64,000 nt of DNA from a virus (lineage: Duplodnaviria > Caudoviricetes): positions 1 to 64,000 of the IMG/VR virus record IMGVR_UViG_3300010163_001518. One strand, given 5' to 3'. Positions within the stretch are counted from its first letter, which is position 1. Each line of letters opens with the position of its first letter. Positions 18,049 to 27,464 of the stretch are shown here, in pieces. Under the pieces are notes generated by a model. It did no database searches. It saw only the letters and a list, made by a program, of their open reading frames with translations, and was not told where the DNA came from. The translations under genes and the position numbers were made by a program.

Positions 18049-19633
18049 GCTCGACCGCCCTCCCCTCGAGGTTGGCGTAGGTCATGACCTTTTGAAGCAG
18101 CTCCTCGACGTCGGTGACGTCCATCTCCTCGAAGACCTCCGCGACGGTGTCGGCGTCCTCCATCATCTCGCGGAGCTCCTCGAGGCTCCCGGCTTTCTCA
18201 ATTAACTTGAGAACGGGGCCGAAGGCTTTTTTGAAGGTGCCCGCGCTTCTCTTGATGGCGGCGTCTGCAAGAAGATCGACGCGCTCTTGCGTTCCGTGCC
18301 CCGGTTCGGCCCCGGCCTTGAGGCTGATCGCGCCCATGGGCGGCGTCTGCTTGAAGGGGAGGCTCCCGAGCCCTGCGCTCGGTTGGGGCGGTTGGGCGAT
18401 CTCCTCGTCGCCTTCCGGCTTCGGGATAGAGAACTTCTTGTAGATGTACGAGGTCGGGACTTTGAGCCCCACCTTCTCGATGAGGGTGCCGATGATGTTC
18501 GCCGTCTGCTCGAGGTCTTCCGACTCCTCCGCGTCGAAGCGGATATAGGGGATGCGCTTGTCTTCCCCAAAGTTGAACAGGACGAGGGGGCGAATGAGGT
18601 CGCGCCGGAGTGTGGCGGCGAGAGCCTTGCAGTCGGCGACGGTGAGGTCGTGGCGGACGTCGTTGTGCGTCTTGCTCTGTGCGTAGCTGCCGCCGCCCGA
18701 GTCCGAGGTGAGGGTCTGCCCGAGGATGGCCTTGCTGATCTGCTCGTCGCAGTAGCGGGCGAGGCGCTCATAGAGGTCGGTCGAGCTCGCCTTCTCGGTG
18801 TTCACGAAGTCGATCGTTGTGCCGTCCGGGAATATGCCCGCCGCGTCCGCGCCGATCTGCGCGAGGGCTTGCATGAGGGCCCGCTTGTCGTCCTCACTCG
18901 CGCCCGGCTGGTACTTGCCGAGGCGGAGCGGCATCCCGTAGACCTCGCAGAACGCGACCCAGTCCTTGAGGGTGTAATTCTTGAATAGGTACATCCAGGC
19001 GACCACGCGGAGGACTCCGGCCCGGGACGGGTGCCCGCTGCGGGCCTTGTAGCGGTGGAGGATGAACTTGTTCTTCGGGAGCTCTATCCCCTCGGGAGCT
19101 TCGTCCGTCCTGACCTTGAACTTGTCCTCGGTGTCCCAAAAGAACCGCTTTTGATGCCGGAAGCGGATGTCCCCGACGACGACGTGCCCCTCGTCATAGG
19201 CCCACATGATTTCACTGACCGAGAAGCCCTTGCCGACTGCGTCCAGGAGGTCGAGCATGATCTCCTCGAGCCCCTCGATGCCGTTGATCTGCGCCTCGAC
19301 GAACTCCGCGATCTCCTTGTCCCTCTCGTCGTCGGAGTCGAAGGGGATGATCTCGAAGTCCAGGCCCGTGACCGCGTTCTTCCGGGTCTGTAGCTGACTG
19401 AACAGGTGGGGGTCTTTCTCCTCCATCTCCTCAAAGAGCTCCGCTTGCCGGAGGATGTCGCCCGCGTCGGCCTCTTTGAATATCTCGGCGAGCCGGACAG
19501 GGGTGAGCCCGTTCGAGGGGTACTCACTGTATTTGTCCGTTACCTGGGCGACGGCGATCTCCCGGGTGTCCGGGCGATGCAGCGGGGGCGCTTGCTGCCG
19601 GTGTTGCCGTCGCTTGCTGTTCTTGCTTGCCAT
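18035..19633 (-). CDS. Portal protein (DUF935/Mu gp29)
   Basis: 532 aa; FCEVYGMPLRLGKY, ISKAILGQTLTS motifs. Confidence 0.93.
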   Translation of the reverse strand: MASKNSKRRQHRQQAPPLHRPDTREIAVAQVTDKYSEYPSNGLTPVRLAEIFKEADAGDILRQAELFEEMEEKDPHLFSQLQTRKNAVTGLDFEIIPFDSDDERDKEIAEFVEAQINGIEGLEEIMLDLLDAVGKGFSVSEIMWAYDEGHVVVGDIRFRHQKRFFWDTEDKFKVRTDEAPEGIELPKNKFILHRYKARSGHPSRAGVLRVVAWMYLFKNYTLKDWVAFCEVYGMPLRLGKYQPGASEDDKRALMQALAQIGADAAGIFPDGTTIDFVNTEKASSTDLYERLARYCDEQISKAILGQTLTSDSGGGSYAQSKTHNDVRHDLTVADCKALAATLRRDLIRPLVLFNFGEDKRIPYIRFDAEESEDLEQTANIIGTLIEKVGLKVPTSYIYKKFSIPKPEGDEEIAQPPQPSAGLGSLPFKQTPPMGAISLKAGAEPGHGTQERVDLLADAAIKRSAGTFKKAFGPVLKLIEKAGSLEELREMMEDADTVAEVFEEMDVTDVEELLQKVMTYANLEGRAVEHGRH

Positions 19634-19645
19634 GGCCTCACCTCC

Positions 19646-21421
19646 TTAGTAGGCCCCGCGCCGGAAGCGGACGGCGCGGCCTAATACTGATTTGTAGTCG
19701 ACCTTCCGCCCGACTTTCACAGAGAGGGCCAGCGCGACCGCCATCTGCAAGGCGTCCGGCGCGTCGTCGTTCTTCCCCATGGGGTACTTGAGCATTTGGT
19801 CGATGAGGGTCTTGTGCTTCTTGCTGAATTTGATGTAGCCGTTCTTCACGAAGGGCTGCAAGCTCTGGATGCGGGCGTCTTTGTTTTGGGTGCTGTTGAT
19901 CTCCTCAATGGGGAGATACTCGCCACACTCCGCCGCCCGCTGCCGCATGATCTCGGCAAAGTAGTATTGAAACTGAACCGCCTCGACGCCGAACTTGTAG
20001 AAGGGCTTCTTGTATTCCCTCCGAAGTCTCCGGGAGTCGTCCAGGGCGTCGTCGATGATCTTGTCCGGCTTCCGTTTGGCGATGTCCGCGATCACGACGT
20101 AGAGGTAGCCCGTGGAGGTGTCCTTCGCGAGGCCGATGATCGCCGAGGTGTCGCTCTTGCGGTTCTTCCCCAGCGAGGGGTCGTTCGCCCCGATGAAGAC
20201 GAACTTCGACTCGGAGAAGTCCGGGACGGTCTTCCCGTCGTCGTCGTAGTAGTCGAACCACTCCTCGGCGAAGGCGCAGTTCTCGGGGTCGATGGGTTCG
20301 TTCTGGATTTCAGAGGAGAAGGACGCCTCGCCCTCGGATATTCTCATAACCATGAGGGCATAGTAGGGGAGCTTCTCCTCCCACAAGACCGCCGTCCCTT
20401 CGAGCATGGTCTCCTTGTTTGCCTTGAAGAAGTCCTCGGCGTCCTGTTGGTGGGCCGGGTTCTCGAGGTCGGTGTAGATACGCTCCCATGCCTCCCATAG
20501 TTCCGTATGGGTGGCGAAGGAGATGACGCCCTTGTACCGGGCCGTCACATACTCGGGGTTCTTCGCCACGTTGGCGAGGAGCGCGTCGTAGTGGAGCAGC
20601 GTCCCGATGTAGACGATGTCCGTGTAGGTGTCGCCCGCCTTTGAGACTGCCTTGTAAAACCAGTCCCGGAGCTTCTTCCGCTGCTCGGGTGTGTTGACGT
20701 TCTCGTCGTTCTCAAGGTCGTCGCATAGGATGAGATCGGGACGCCATTGTTTGTGGCGTCGGCCTCTGATCTTCTTCCCCGCGCCCAGCGCCTCGATCTT
20801 GACGCCGTTCGAGAGGAGGATGACCGACGCCTTCCAGACCCGGCCCTTGAGCTCGCCGAAGTCCTCCCGGAGCGCCGCGTTCTCCTCGAGCTCCGTCTTG
20901 AGGTCATTGAGGAAGCCCTCGGCCTGCTCGGAACTATCCGAGAGGATGATCTCGTAGTGCTTGTAGCCATAGACGGAGGAGTGCAGCGAGTCCTTGAAGG
21001 TGAAGGTCGTCGACTTCGCGTGTCCACGAGGGGCCTCGACCGCCCTCCGGCATCCGTTCGCCCGGCTGATCTCCTTCGCGTTGACGAGGGGGTTCATCCC
21101 CTTCATGACGCCCTCGCGGAAGATGCGGTCGAGCTCCTCGTGAAATGGGGGCGAGGGCCGGACGAAGTAGTGGGCGAGGTAGGCCCGCCCAAAGTAGCCG
21201 AGGTCGATCGCCCCGAGCTGCTTCCGTAGCCCCTGCGGGCCCGTGAGCGGGGCCCCGGCCCGGAAGTCCTTGAGGAGCTGCGCCCGGAGCTCGGGGAAGT
21301 TATCTCCGCGCTGAACGTATTCCTCGAATAGCTGCCGCTGGTATTCACTGTTTGCGACCGCTTCGCGGTCTTCCGGCTCCTCGAGCCGTTCGAGGTATTC
21401 CTCGAGGTCAATTTTCGGCAT
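19646..21421 (-). CDS. Terminase large subunit
   Basis: Start MPKIDLEE; APRGHAKST Walker A, LILCDDLEN Walker B, NDDAPDAL nuclease motif. Confidence 0.94.
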   Translation of the reverse strand: MPKIDLEEYLERLEEPEDREAVANSEYQRQLFEEYVQRGDNFPELRAQLLKDFRAGAPLTGPQGLRKQLGAIDLGYFGRAYLAHYFVRPSPPFHEELDRIFREGVMKGMNPLVNAKEISRANGCRRAVEAPRGHAKSTTFTFKDSLHSSVYGYKHYEIILSDSSEQAEGFLNDLKTELEENAALREDFGELKGRVWKASVILLSNGVKIEALGAGKKIRGRRHKQWRPDLILCDDLENDENVNTPEQRKKLRDWFYKAVSKAGDTYTDIVYIGTLLHYDALLANVAKNPEYVTARYKGVISFATHTELWEAWERIYTDLENPAHQQDAEDFFKANKETMLEGTAVLWEEKLPYYALMVMRISEGEASFSSEIQNEPIDPENCAFAEEWFDYYDDDGKTVPDFSESKFVFIGANDPSLGKNRKSDTSAIIGLAKDTSTGYLYVVIADIAKRKPDKIIDDALDDSRRLRREYKKPFYKFGVEAVQFQYYFAEIMRQRAAECGEYLPIEEINSTQNKDARIQSLQPFVKNGYIKFSKKHKTLIDQMLKYPMGKNDDAPDALQMAVALALSVKVGRKVDYKSVLGRAVRFRRGAY

Positions 21422-21980
21422 CTGTGAGCACCTTCTCCCTCGCCCTCGAGAGGACGTCGTGCAGCTCGCCCGCGAGCTCGGGGTGCTGTTTGATCGCCGC
21501 CATGAGCTCGGCCTCAAGTTGGTCGAAGGCGAGCTCGGCCTTCTTCTTCATTTCCTGCCGGACGCGCTTCTCATAGGTGGCGTTCCGGGACAGGGATGCA
21601 ATAAGCCGCCCGGCCTTGTCGAGCGGCATCTCGGCGAAGTCGTCCTCCGCTGTGCTGACCCGCTGCATGAGGCCGTCCATGAGCACCATCGACGCCGCCT
21701 TCGTGTAGTCGAGGTCGGGGTGAGCTTCGACCGCCTGGGCGATCGCTTGGGTGCGCTGTAGGGTCTCGGCGACGCGCTGCGCCGCCTTCGTGCTGCGGAT
21801 GGCGTAGCGCCCGATCGCCGACTTGCTGATCTCGTAGCCCTCCGACTTGAGCCACTCGGAGAGCTCCTCGTAGGTGTTGACCGTGTCCGCGAGTCGAAGG
21901 TCGAGCTCCGTCTTCACGTCGTCCGGGAGCCTGTCGACCGTCGAACTCACCCGCGTCCTCCGGCGCTCCCCCTTAGACAT
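21408..21980 (-). CDS. Terminase small subunit (DUF3486/Mu gp27-like)
   Basis: SSTVDRLPDDVK, ISKSAIGRY motifs. Confidence 0.85.
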   Translation of the reverse strand: MSKGERRRTRVSSTVDRLPDDVKTELDLRLADTVNTYEELSEWLKSEGYEISKSAIGRYAIRSTKAAQRVAETLQRTQAIAQAVEAHPDLDYTKAASMVLMDGLMQRVSTAEDDFAEMPLDKAGRLIASLSRNATYEKRVRQEMKKKAELAFDQLEAELMAAIKQHPELAGELHDVLSRAREKVLTDAEN

Positions 21981-22296
21981 CCACGCCCGGGTCGTCCGTC
22001 GTGCCTTCGACGAGATCGACCCCCGCCTTCGTGAGCTGAATGACGGCGTCCTTGCGGTAGGCGGTGTAGGCCGTGACCCGCTTGTCGGTGAACTCGATGT
22101 AGCCCCCGTCCGCGAGGTAGGAGAGCTGCTTCGAGATGTCGGGCACGGTGATGAGGTTGTCCGCGAGGAGGGCGTTCGTGATATGCCGGACGAGGAGCGA
22201 GTTGTTGCTCCCCTTCGCCAGGGCCCGGACGATGTAGCCCCGGATGGCCTTGTTCTGCTTGATCTCCTGCTCGGTGAGATCGTCGAAGATCGCCAT
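21973..22296 (-). CDS. Mu gp26-like winged-helix hypothetical protein
   Basis: IQLTKAGVDLVEG motif; synteny. Confidence 0.7.
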   Translation of the reverse strand: MAIFDDLTEQEIKQNKAIRGYIVRALAKGSNNSLLVRHITNALLADNLITVPDISKQLSYLADGGYIEFTDKRVTAYTAYRKDAVIQLTKAGVDLVEGTTDDPGVDV

Positions 22297-22300
22297 TGTC

Positions 22301-22597
22301 TTATTCCTCCTTCCTCTCGCCCCTGTAGAGGAGCTTGTCGAGCTTGTGGTCGATGTTGTTGCTCACCCGGATGAAGTCCTCCCGGGTGACGTAGATGAGC
22401 GGGAGGTCTGCCTTGAGGTCATTGAGATCGCGGGCGACCTTCGCGATCTCGTCGGCGTTTTCCTTGTCTCGAGCTTCGAGCTTCGTCATCGCCGTCTTGA
22501 TCTCTCCGATCGCGTTCTTCACGCCCCATGAGGCGACCCCGATGATCGCCGTGATGATCGTCTGGAAGACGAACATCGCAATAGTCGCGCCGTCCAT
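22301..22597 (-). CDS. Membrane/coiled-coil lysis-associated protein
   Basis: N-terminal TM segment then coiled coil; YVTREDF motif. Confidence 0.65.
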   Translation of the reverse strand: MDGATIAMFVFQTIITAIIGVASWGVKNAIGEIKTAMTKLEARDKENADEIAKVARDLNDLKADLPLIYVTREDFIRVSNNIDHKLDKLLYRGERKEE

Positions 22598-22609
22598 GGT
22601 GGCCCCCCT

Positions 22610-23122
22610 TTACTGCTCGGCGGCGGGCGCGGGCGTCTGTGTCCCCTCAATGCCCTCGAGCAGTTCCCCGGAGATGGTGAGATAGGGGTCGGCCCGCTTG
22701 ACCTTGAGGACGGCGTCCTCGATGCACTTCGTCAAGTAGGCGTCGAAGCTGCCGAGGTTCTCGGTGATGACCCGCTGGGCCTCCGGCGTGATCGCGGCCT
22801 TGACGTCATTGAAGACCTGACGACCGAGGGCAAGCAGCTCGTCGCGGTCTTTGACGCCCTGCTTCACGCCGTCCCTGATGGCCTGGGCCGTGGTCTGCTC
22901 CATGGCATTGACCGAGACCGTGGCGAGGTTGACGACGTCGTCGAGGGCGTCCTCGAGCACCTTCCGGGCCGACTCGTCCTCGATCTGCTTCGTCTGCGCC
23001 TTGACCCGGGCCCCGGCGAGCCGGATATAGTACACGGCGTAGGCGGCGGCGAGTCCGATCGCGGCGAGGACGATGTTCGCGAGCGCGGTGCTCGCGGCGC
23101 TGGTGATGATCTCCATGTTCAT
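22610..23122 (-). CDS. Holin-like protein
   Basis: N-terminal TM helix then long amphipathic helices; first late gene. Confidence 0.6.
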   Translation of the reverse strand: MNMEIITSAASTALANIVLAAIGLAAAYAVYYIRLAGARVKAQTKQIEDESARKVLEDALDDVVNLATVSVNAMEQTTAQAIRDGVKQGVKDRDELLALGRQVFNDVKAAITPEAQRVITENLGSFDAYLTKCIEDAVLKVKRADPYLTISGELLEGIEGTQTPAPAAEQ

Positions 23123-23150
23123 TTTCTACTGCCTCCTTACGGCAAAAAAT

Positions 23151-23178
23151 AAGAGTATGAGCTATAGCTCATACTCTT
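23151..23178. promoter_or_regulatory. Perfect 28-bp palindrome at the Mor/late operon junction
   Basis: AAGAGTATGAGCTATAGCTCATACTCTT; on minus strand preceded by TAAAAT and followed by ATTTTTT. Confidence 0.6.
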
Positions 23179-23220
23179 GATTTTAGAGGCTGTTTTGTGA
23201 ATGTTACATACGAAGCAGTT

Positions 23221-23562
23221 CTAAGAGTCGCCATCTCCGGCCTCGCCCGTCATGCCGTCCAGCAGCTCAAAAAGCTCGAGCTGCCCCTCTATCTTGCCGG
23301 GGCCGCATAGCTGCCTCACCCATCGCTCTGTAACGCCGTACTTCTTCGCGAGCTCCGGGTGATTGTAGCCGTTGAACTCGGCCTTGATGTGGGCGTCGCG
23401 GACGGGCCGGGTGAGGCTCTCGGGCTTCGGGATGTAGATAGTCGCCCCGCCGACTACTTCGGCGAGCCTGTAGAAGTTCTCCGGCCCGATCGCTTCGGCG
23501 ATCTGCTTGTAGGGCCCCTCCGGGAGCATCTCGATTGTGAGCTCCTTGACGAGTCCGTCCAT
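23221..23562 (-). CDS. Mor/C family transcription activator
   Basis: GGATIYIPK, IKAEFNGYN, LAKKYGVTERWVR motifs. Confidence 0.9.
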   Translation of the reverse strand: MDGLVKELTIEMLPEGPYKQIAEAIGPENFYRLAEVVGGATIYIPKPESLTRPVRDAHIKAEFNGYNHPELAKKYGVTERWVRQLCGPGKIEGQLELFELLDGMTGEAGDGDS

Positions 23563-23584
23563 GCTGCGCCCTCCTTCCGCCGTG

Positions 23585-24940
23585 TTATATCCTGCCGAGG
23601 ATGCCCAAAATCTCCCCTGCCGTCATGGTCTTGTCGAACCGGGTCTTCCAGTATTCCGGGGAGTTGATGATGCCGCGCTCGACGAGGGCCTCGAAGCCCT
23701 CTTTCTGCCATGCCGGGGTGTTCTCGGGGTAGCCGTCGCTCTCGGGCTCGGGCTCCTCCGCCTCCGTGGCCTTGATCTGTTCCAGCAGCGCGACGATCTT
23801 CCCGCCGTAGCCCTTCCCCGGGACGGCCCAGCCGCGCCCCTGCGGGTTGTCCGACGCGCCCAGCCACTCGACGAACTCGGAGCAGCCCCGGAGCACGAGG
23901 GAGAAGCGCGGGTCGATGCACTCATTGACGAGGGCGTCCGTCGTGGCGTATGCCTTGAGGTGCTGGATTTGCGCCCGGACGCCGGAGCGCGGGTCGGGGA
24001 AGCTCGCCGCCTGTCCGGCGCTGTTTCCGTTGAGGGCCCCGAGCCCTCCGTAGTTGTTCTGCGCCGGGAGGACGATGCCCCCGAACTTGAAGAAGCCTGT
24101 CTCGTGGAGGGATTGAGCGAAGGCCACGTCGCCCCGGACGCCCTCGGCCTCGCCTTCTGTGATGAACAGGCGGGCCAGCTCCTCGACGGTGCAGCTCGGG
24201 AGCCTGGGCTCCGGGTTCTTGCTCAAGCAGAACGCCGCCATCTGCCCGGCTGTCGCCTCGGCCTTCCCCATGATCGGCGTCTTGCCCTCGGTGCTGGGCG
24301 CGGGGGCGGTGCTTCCGCTGATCTCGGCGAGCTTCGCGGCGACCTTCGCCTTGAACTGCTCCCAGTGGGGGAGGATGTAGAGAGGGCAGTTCTTCCGGGC
24401 TCCCTGGACGATCTTGTCGGGGTGTCCCATCCAGTGATTGTGTGTGTAGAGCTGCTCGATCGTGAGGCCGTACTTCTTCAAAAGGATGGCGGCGAGGAGG
24501 GCCCCGTTCTCCTCGGCCCCGAGGTCTTCCTTGCTCCCGGAGCCGTCCATGATGATCTCAATGGAGATCGTCGTCCCGTTGCCTGGGCCGTTGCTGCCGT
24601 CCCCGGCGTGCCATCCGACCTCTGTGTCCTCGAGGTTCTGCCATGCGTTGATGTCGTCGACGTAGTAGTGGACGCGGGCGTCGTTCATGTTGGCGTTGGG
24701 CCACGTCGCCCGGGTGTACTGCTCGGCGTCCTCCTCGACATTCTCGAGGTCGGTCGTGTTGTGGATGGTAATGCCCGCGACCTTGCCCGTGCCCCCAGAG
24801 AGGCGCTTGTCGGCCTTGTACTTGTTCCCCTTCTTGTACTTCCCCGAGTCCTTGGGCCATACGGCCCCCCACGGGATGATCTTCTGATTGATGACGAGGC
24901 CGTATTCCGTCCTCGTCGCGTCGGGTGTCAGTTTTGCCAT
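23585..24940 (-). CDS. Endolysin: N-acetylmuramoyl-L-alanine amidase plus glucosaminidase-like domain
   Basis: ITIHNT, VHYYVD, GWHAGDG, CP motifs; AFAQSLHETG and NNYGGLG in second domain. Confidence 0.88.
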   Translation of the reverse strand: MAKLTPDATRTEYGLVINQKIIPWGAVWPKDSGKYKKGNKYKADKRLSGGTGKVAGITIHNTTDLENVEEDAEQYTRATWPNANMNDARVHYYVDDINAWQNLEDTEVGWHAGDGSNGPGNGTTISIEIIMDGSGSKEDLGAEENGALLAAILLKKYGLTIEQLYTHNHWMGHPDKIVQGARKNCPLYILPHWEQFKAKVAAKLAEISGSTAPAPSTEGKTPIMGKAEATAGQMAAFCLSKNPEPRLPSCTVEELARLFITEGEAEGVRGDVAFAQSLHETGFFKFGGIVLPAQNNYGGLGALNGNSAGQAASFPDPRSGVRAQIQHLKAYATTDALVNECIDPRFSLVLRGCSEFVEWLGASDNPQGRGWAVPGKGYGGKIVALLEQIKATEAEEPEPESDGYPENTPAWQKEGFEALVERGIINSPEYWKTRFDKTMTAGEILGILGRI

Positions 24941-24953
24941 GGTGTTTTACCTC

Positions 24954-25337
24954 CTATAGCTTCGTGATGGGGAGAATGACCTCGTCAATGAGCTCCCCGT
25001 AGGTGTACTGAACGCGGCCTTCTTCCTCAAGTTTTTTGAGAAAAGCGTTGTACTCGACCGCGAGCTTGAGCAGCTTGAAAACGCCGACCTCCTCCGACGA
25101 GACTTTCTCCATCTCCGGGCCCACCATGAAACCGATCGCCTTAATGAGTGAGACCTCGGCGAGGATGGGTTCGGACTTATAGAGGGTCTCAAACTCCGCC
25201 CAGGTCTCCCGGGCGAACTTCTTCCGATTGAGTCGGGGCTTGTTGGGAGGGATGAGCCCCTCCGCCTGGAACATCTTCTTGAGGGCCGCTCTCTCGGCCT
25301 TCTCGCGCCGCGTGAGGCGCTTCTTTTGCTGTACCAT
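24954..25337 (-). CDS. Hypothetical protein
   Basis: 127-aa ORF with phage codon usage. Confidence 0.65.
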   Translation of the reverse strand: MVQQKKRLTRREKAERAALKKMFQAEGLIPPNKPRLNRKKFARETWAEFETLYKSEPILAEVSLIKAIGFMVGPEMEKVSSEEVGVFKLLKLAVEYNAFLKKLEEEGRVQYTYGELIDEVILPITKL

Positions 25338-25341
25338 GCAC

Positions 25342-25530
25342 TTATACCCTCCTCCGCCCGGACGGGCCTTGTGGGGCTCCGTAGCCCTCGACGTGGAGCT
25401 GCTCCGGGGCGTCCTCGGCGACGGAGATCACGCGGACGTCGCCCAGCGTCTCGAGGCGCATCGCGATGTCCTCCTTGACACCGATCGCGTGACCGGGCGG
25501 GGCGTTCACCTGGACGATGATCGTGAGCAC
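25342..25530 (-). CDS. Small hypothetical protein, homologue of 60241-60411
   Basis: GTG start after GGAGG; MLTIIVQVNAPPGHAIGVKEDIAMRLE... Confidence 0.75.
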   Translation of the reverse strand: MLTIIVQVNAPPGHAIGVKEDIAMRLETLGDVRVISVAEDAPEQLHVEGYGAPQGPSGRRRV

Positions 25531-25531
25531 G

Positions 25532-25906
25532 TCACTCGCCTCCCTCCGGCTCGGGGTAGCCGTTCGGGCCGAGGAGCTCATAGCCCAGTTTGCCCCGGTA
25601 GACGTTCGCGGCCCTGATCGCCTGGGCAAAGGCCGCGTCGCTTGCCACGCTCGAGGCGATGTTTGCCCGGGCCTTCTCGGAGCCGTCGAACGCCGTCGCC
25701 CCCGGGATAGCTGCCACGGCGACCGGGTTGATCTCCGAGAGGCGGCGGGCGATGTTGCTCGGGAGGTTGCCATAATAGACCCGGAGGAAGACGAGCCCCG
25801 TCGTCACACACACGTCGAGCCCGCCCCGGATGGTGCGCTGCATCCGAACGATGCCTTCCAGCGCGGCGAGGACGGCGTCGTTGCCGCCTTGTGCTCCCGT
25901 GTTCAC
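25532..25906 (-). CDS. Hypothetical protein
   Basis: 124-aa ORF coupled to GemA stop. Confidence 0.65.
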   Translation of the reverse strand: MNTGAQGGNDAVLAALEGIVRMQRTIRGGLDVCVTTGLVFLRVYYGNLPSNIARRLSEINPVAVAAIPGATAFDGSEKARANIASSVASDAAFAQAIRAANVYRGKLGYELLGPNGYPEPEGGE

Positions 25907-26352
25907 TCTCGCCCCTCCTTCTGCTTCTGCCGGGCGAGGATGGCCTTGAGCCCCTCGATGACCTTCTCACACTGGGCCACGGTGAGCCATTCCAGGCGGT
26001 CGACGCCCGTCATGCGCTTCACGAAGCCCTGGATGCGCTGCGGGTTGTCATTCCACCCGAGGGCCTCGGTGAGGGCGTATATCTTCCGCCGCTGCTGGAC
26101 GGTTCGGGCGTCGCCGCCCGTGTCGGTGCGCTTCGTGCGGACGTTGCCCGAGGCGCTGTCCTTCATGTTCTGCAAGACCCGGGCGACGGCGTTGATCTCG
26201 CCCTGCGAGAGCTTCTTGATGGACTCCTTGCCCGTCTCCCGGTAGACGACCGCGTGGAGGTCTTCTTCGGTGAGGGCGAGCTCGGGCGACTTCGCGATCG
26301 CCCAAAGGGTACGGATGGAGGCGGGCTTGCGGCCCGTCCGTGCTGCTGTCAT
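25903..26352 (-). CDS. GemA/gp16 family regulatory protein (DUF1018)
   Basis: TGKESIKKL, FVKRMTGVDRLEWLT, VIEGLKA motifs. Confidence 0.85.
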   Translation of the reverse strand: MTAARTGRKPASIRTLWAIAKSPELALTEEDLHAVVYRETGKESIKKLSQGEINAVARVLQNMKDSASGNVRTKRTDTGGDARTVQQRRKIYALTEALGWNDNPQRIQGFVKRMTGVDRLEWLTVAQCEKVIEGLKAILARQKQKEGRE

Positions 26353-26354
26353 AA

Positions 26355-26924
26355 TTACACCTCATTTCCCCATACATCCCACCCGGGGGAATAGCGGCGG
26401 GCAAAGAGCTCGAGGCGGGGAACGTCCCCGAACAGGGCCTCGATGCGCCGCCGAACCTCCTCCGGCTTCTCGCTGTGCCGCGTCCTCACGGCCTCGACGA
26501 GCTGCTGGACGTTGTTCTGTTGCTTGTGCTTTACCATGTGCCCCCGCGTCCCCATGAGGCAAAGCTCGCAGTTCTTGAGCGTCCAGGGGGCGAGGTTCGT
26601 GACATTCTTCCCGGTGACGGTCTTCTTGCTCCATACGAAGGCGACCGTTACATATCGGAAGCCCCACGCCTTGAAAAGCTCGAGGGCGTCCGGGAGGTGG
26701 GCGTCGGTGGCCCACATAAAGAGGGCCGCGTCTTCGTCGGCGAGGCGTCCGACGTCCAGCGCCTTGAGGTCGGCGGTCGTCATCGTGGGATAGACCGCCT
26801 CGAGGGGGACGAAGCCCGAGCCCCCGTTCCGGGGCTCGAAGGCTTCCTTGCTGCTGAACTTCCACGGCGGGTCGACGTAAATGACCCGGTACTTGCGGTT
26901 TGTCTCGAAGATGTCGACCCGCAT
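26355..26924 (-). CDS. MT-A70 family adenine DNA methyltransferase
   Basis: YRVIYVDPPW, LFMWAT, HSEKP, RLELFAR, GWDVWGNE motifs. Confidence 0.92.
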   Translation of the reverse strand: MRVDIFETNRKYRVIYVDPPWKFSSKEAFEPRNGGSGFVPLEAVYPTMTTADLKALDVGRLADEDAALFMWATDAHLPDALELFKAWGFRYVTVAFVWSKKTVTGKNVTNLAPWTLKNCELCLMGTRGHMVKHKQQNNVQQLVEAVRTRHSEKPEEVRRRIEALFGDVPRLELFARRYSPGWDVWGNEV

Positions 26925-26942
26925 GAAGTCCGGCTCCCTCCT

Positions 26943-27464
26943 TTACTCGCCGTTCTTGATCTGCTCGAGCCGGGCGAGGTTGAGGTCGTAGCCGAAGACG
27001 TCCTTCTGCTTCCAGGTAGCCCCCACGGCGTTGACGGTGTCCTCGCCGTACTTCTTGAGGGCCTCCTTGCTGACCTCCTCCTTGACGACGATGCAGTCGG
27101 TCATCTGCCGGGCCTTGAGCTTGCGGATGATCTCCTCGAGCTTCTCCTTCGCCCGGGGGAGGGAGATCGACGTCGAGAGGCGGAAGCCCACCTCTCCGAA
27201 GGTGAGGGCCCTCGACTTCGTCTTCCCCATCTCGTCGCGGTGCTCGGTGACGAACTCCTTGATCTCGCGCTCGAGGGCGGTGATGCGGTCATTATAGGGC
27301 TTGCTCTGCTGCTCGGCTACGAGCTGCGCTCCGACGACTTGCTTCTGCATCTCGCTCTGGATGTCGCCGAGGGCGATCGTCGCCTCTGCGATCTGCCGGA
27401 GGGCGTCGTTCACGTCCTCCCAGGAGTGGAGGCTCGGGGCCTCGATAACGCGCTTTCTTGCCAT
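26943..27464 (-). CDS. gam: Host-nuclease inhibitor Gam
   Basis: Start MARKRV; KSRALTFGEVGFR, VKEEVSKEALK motifs. Confidence 0.88.
   Translation of the reverse strand: MARKRVIEAPSLHSWEDVNDALRQIAEATIALGDIQSEMQKQVVGAQLVAEQQSKPYNDRITALEREIKEFVTEHRDEMGKTKSRALTFGEVGFRLSTSISLPRAKEKLEEIIRKLKARQMTDCIVVKEEVSKEALKKYGEDTVNAVGATWKQKDVFGYDLNLARLEQIKNGE

Noticed and set aside
24954-25337. Possible toxin gene
   Set aside because: No RelE/ParE catalytic pattern or antitoxin partner recognised; left as hypothetical.
4559-26245. Many long plus-strand ORFs opposite the Mu-like genes (e.g. 4559-5701, 14784-16199, 23537-24967)
   Set aside because: Shadow frames of GC-rich minus-strand genes, with no RBS or motifs.
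27292-27464. Long overlap of a membrane ORF with gam as meaningful dual coding
   Set aside because: The overlapping tail looks like shadow-frame sequence; read-through or stop loss is more likely.
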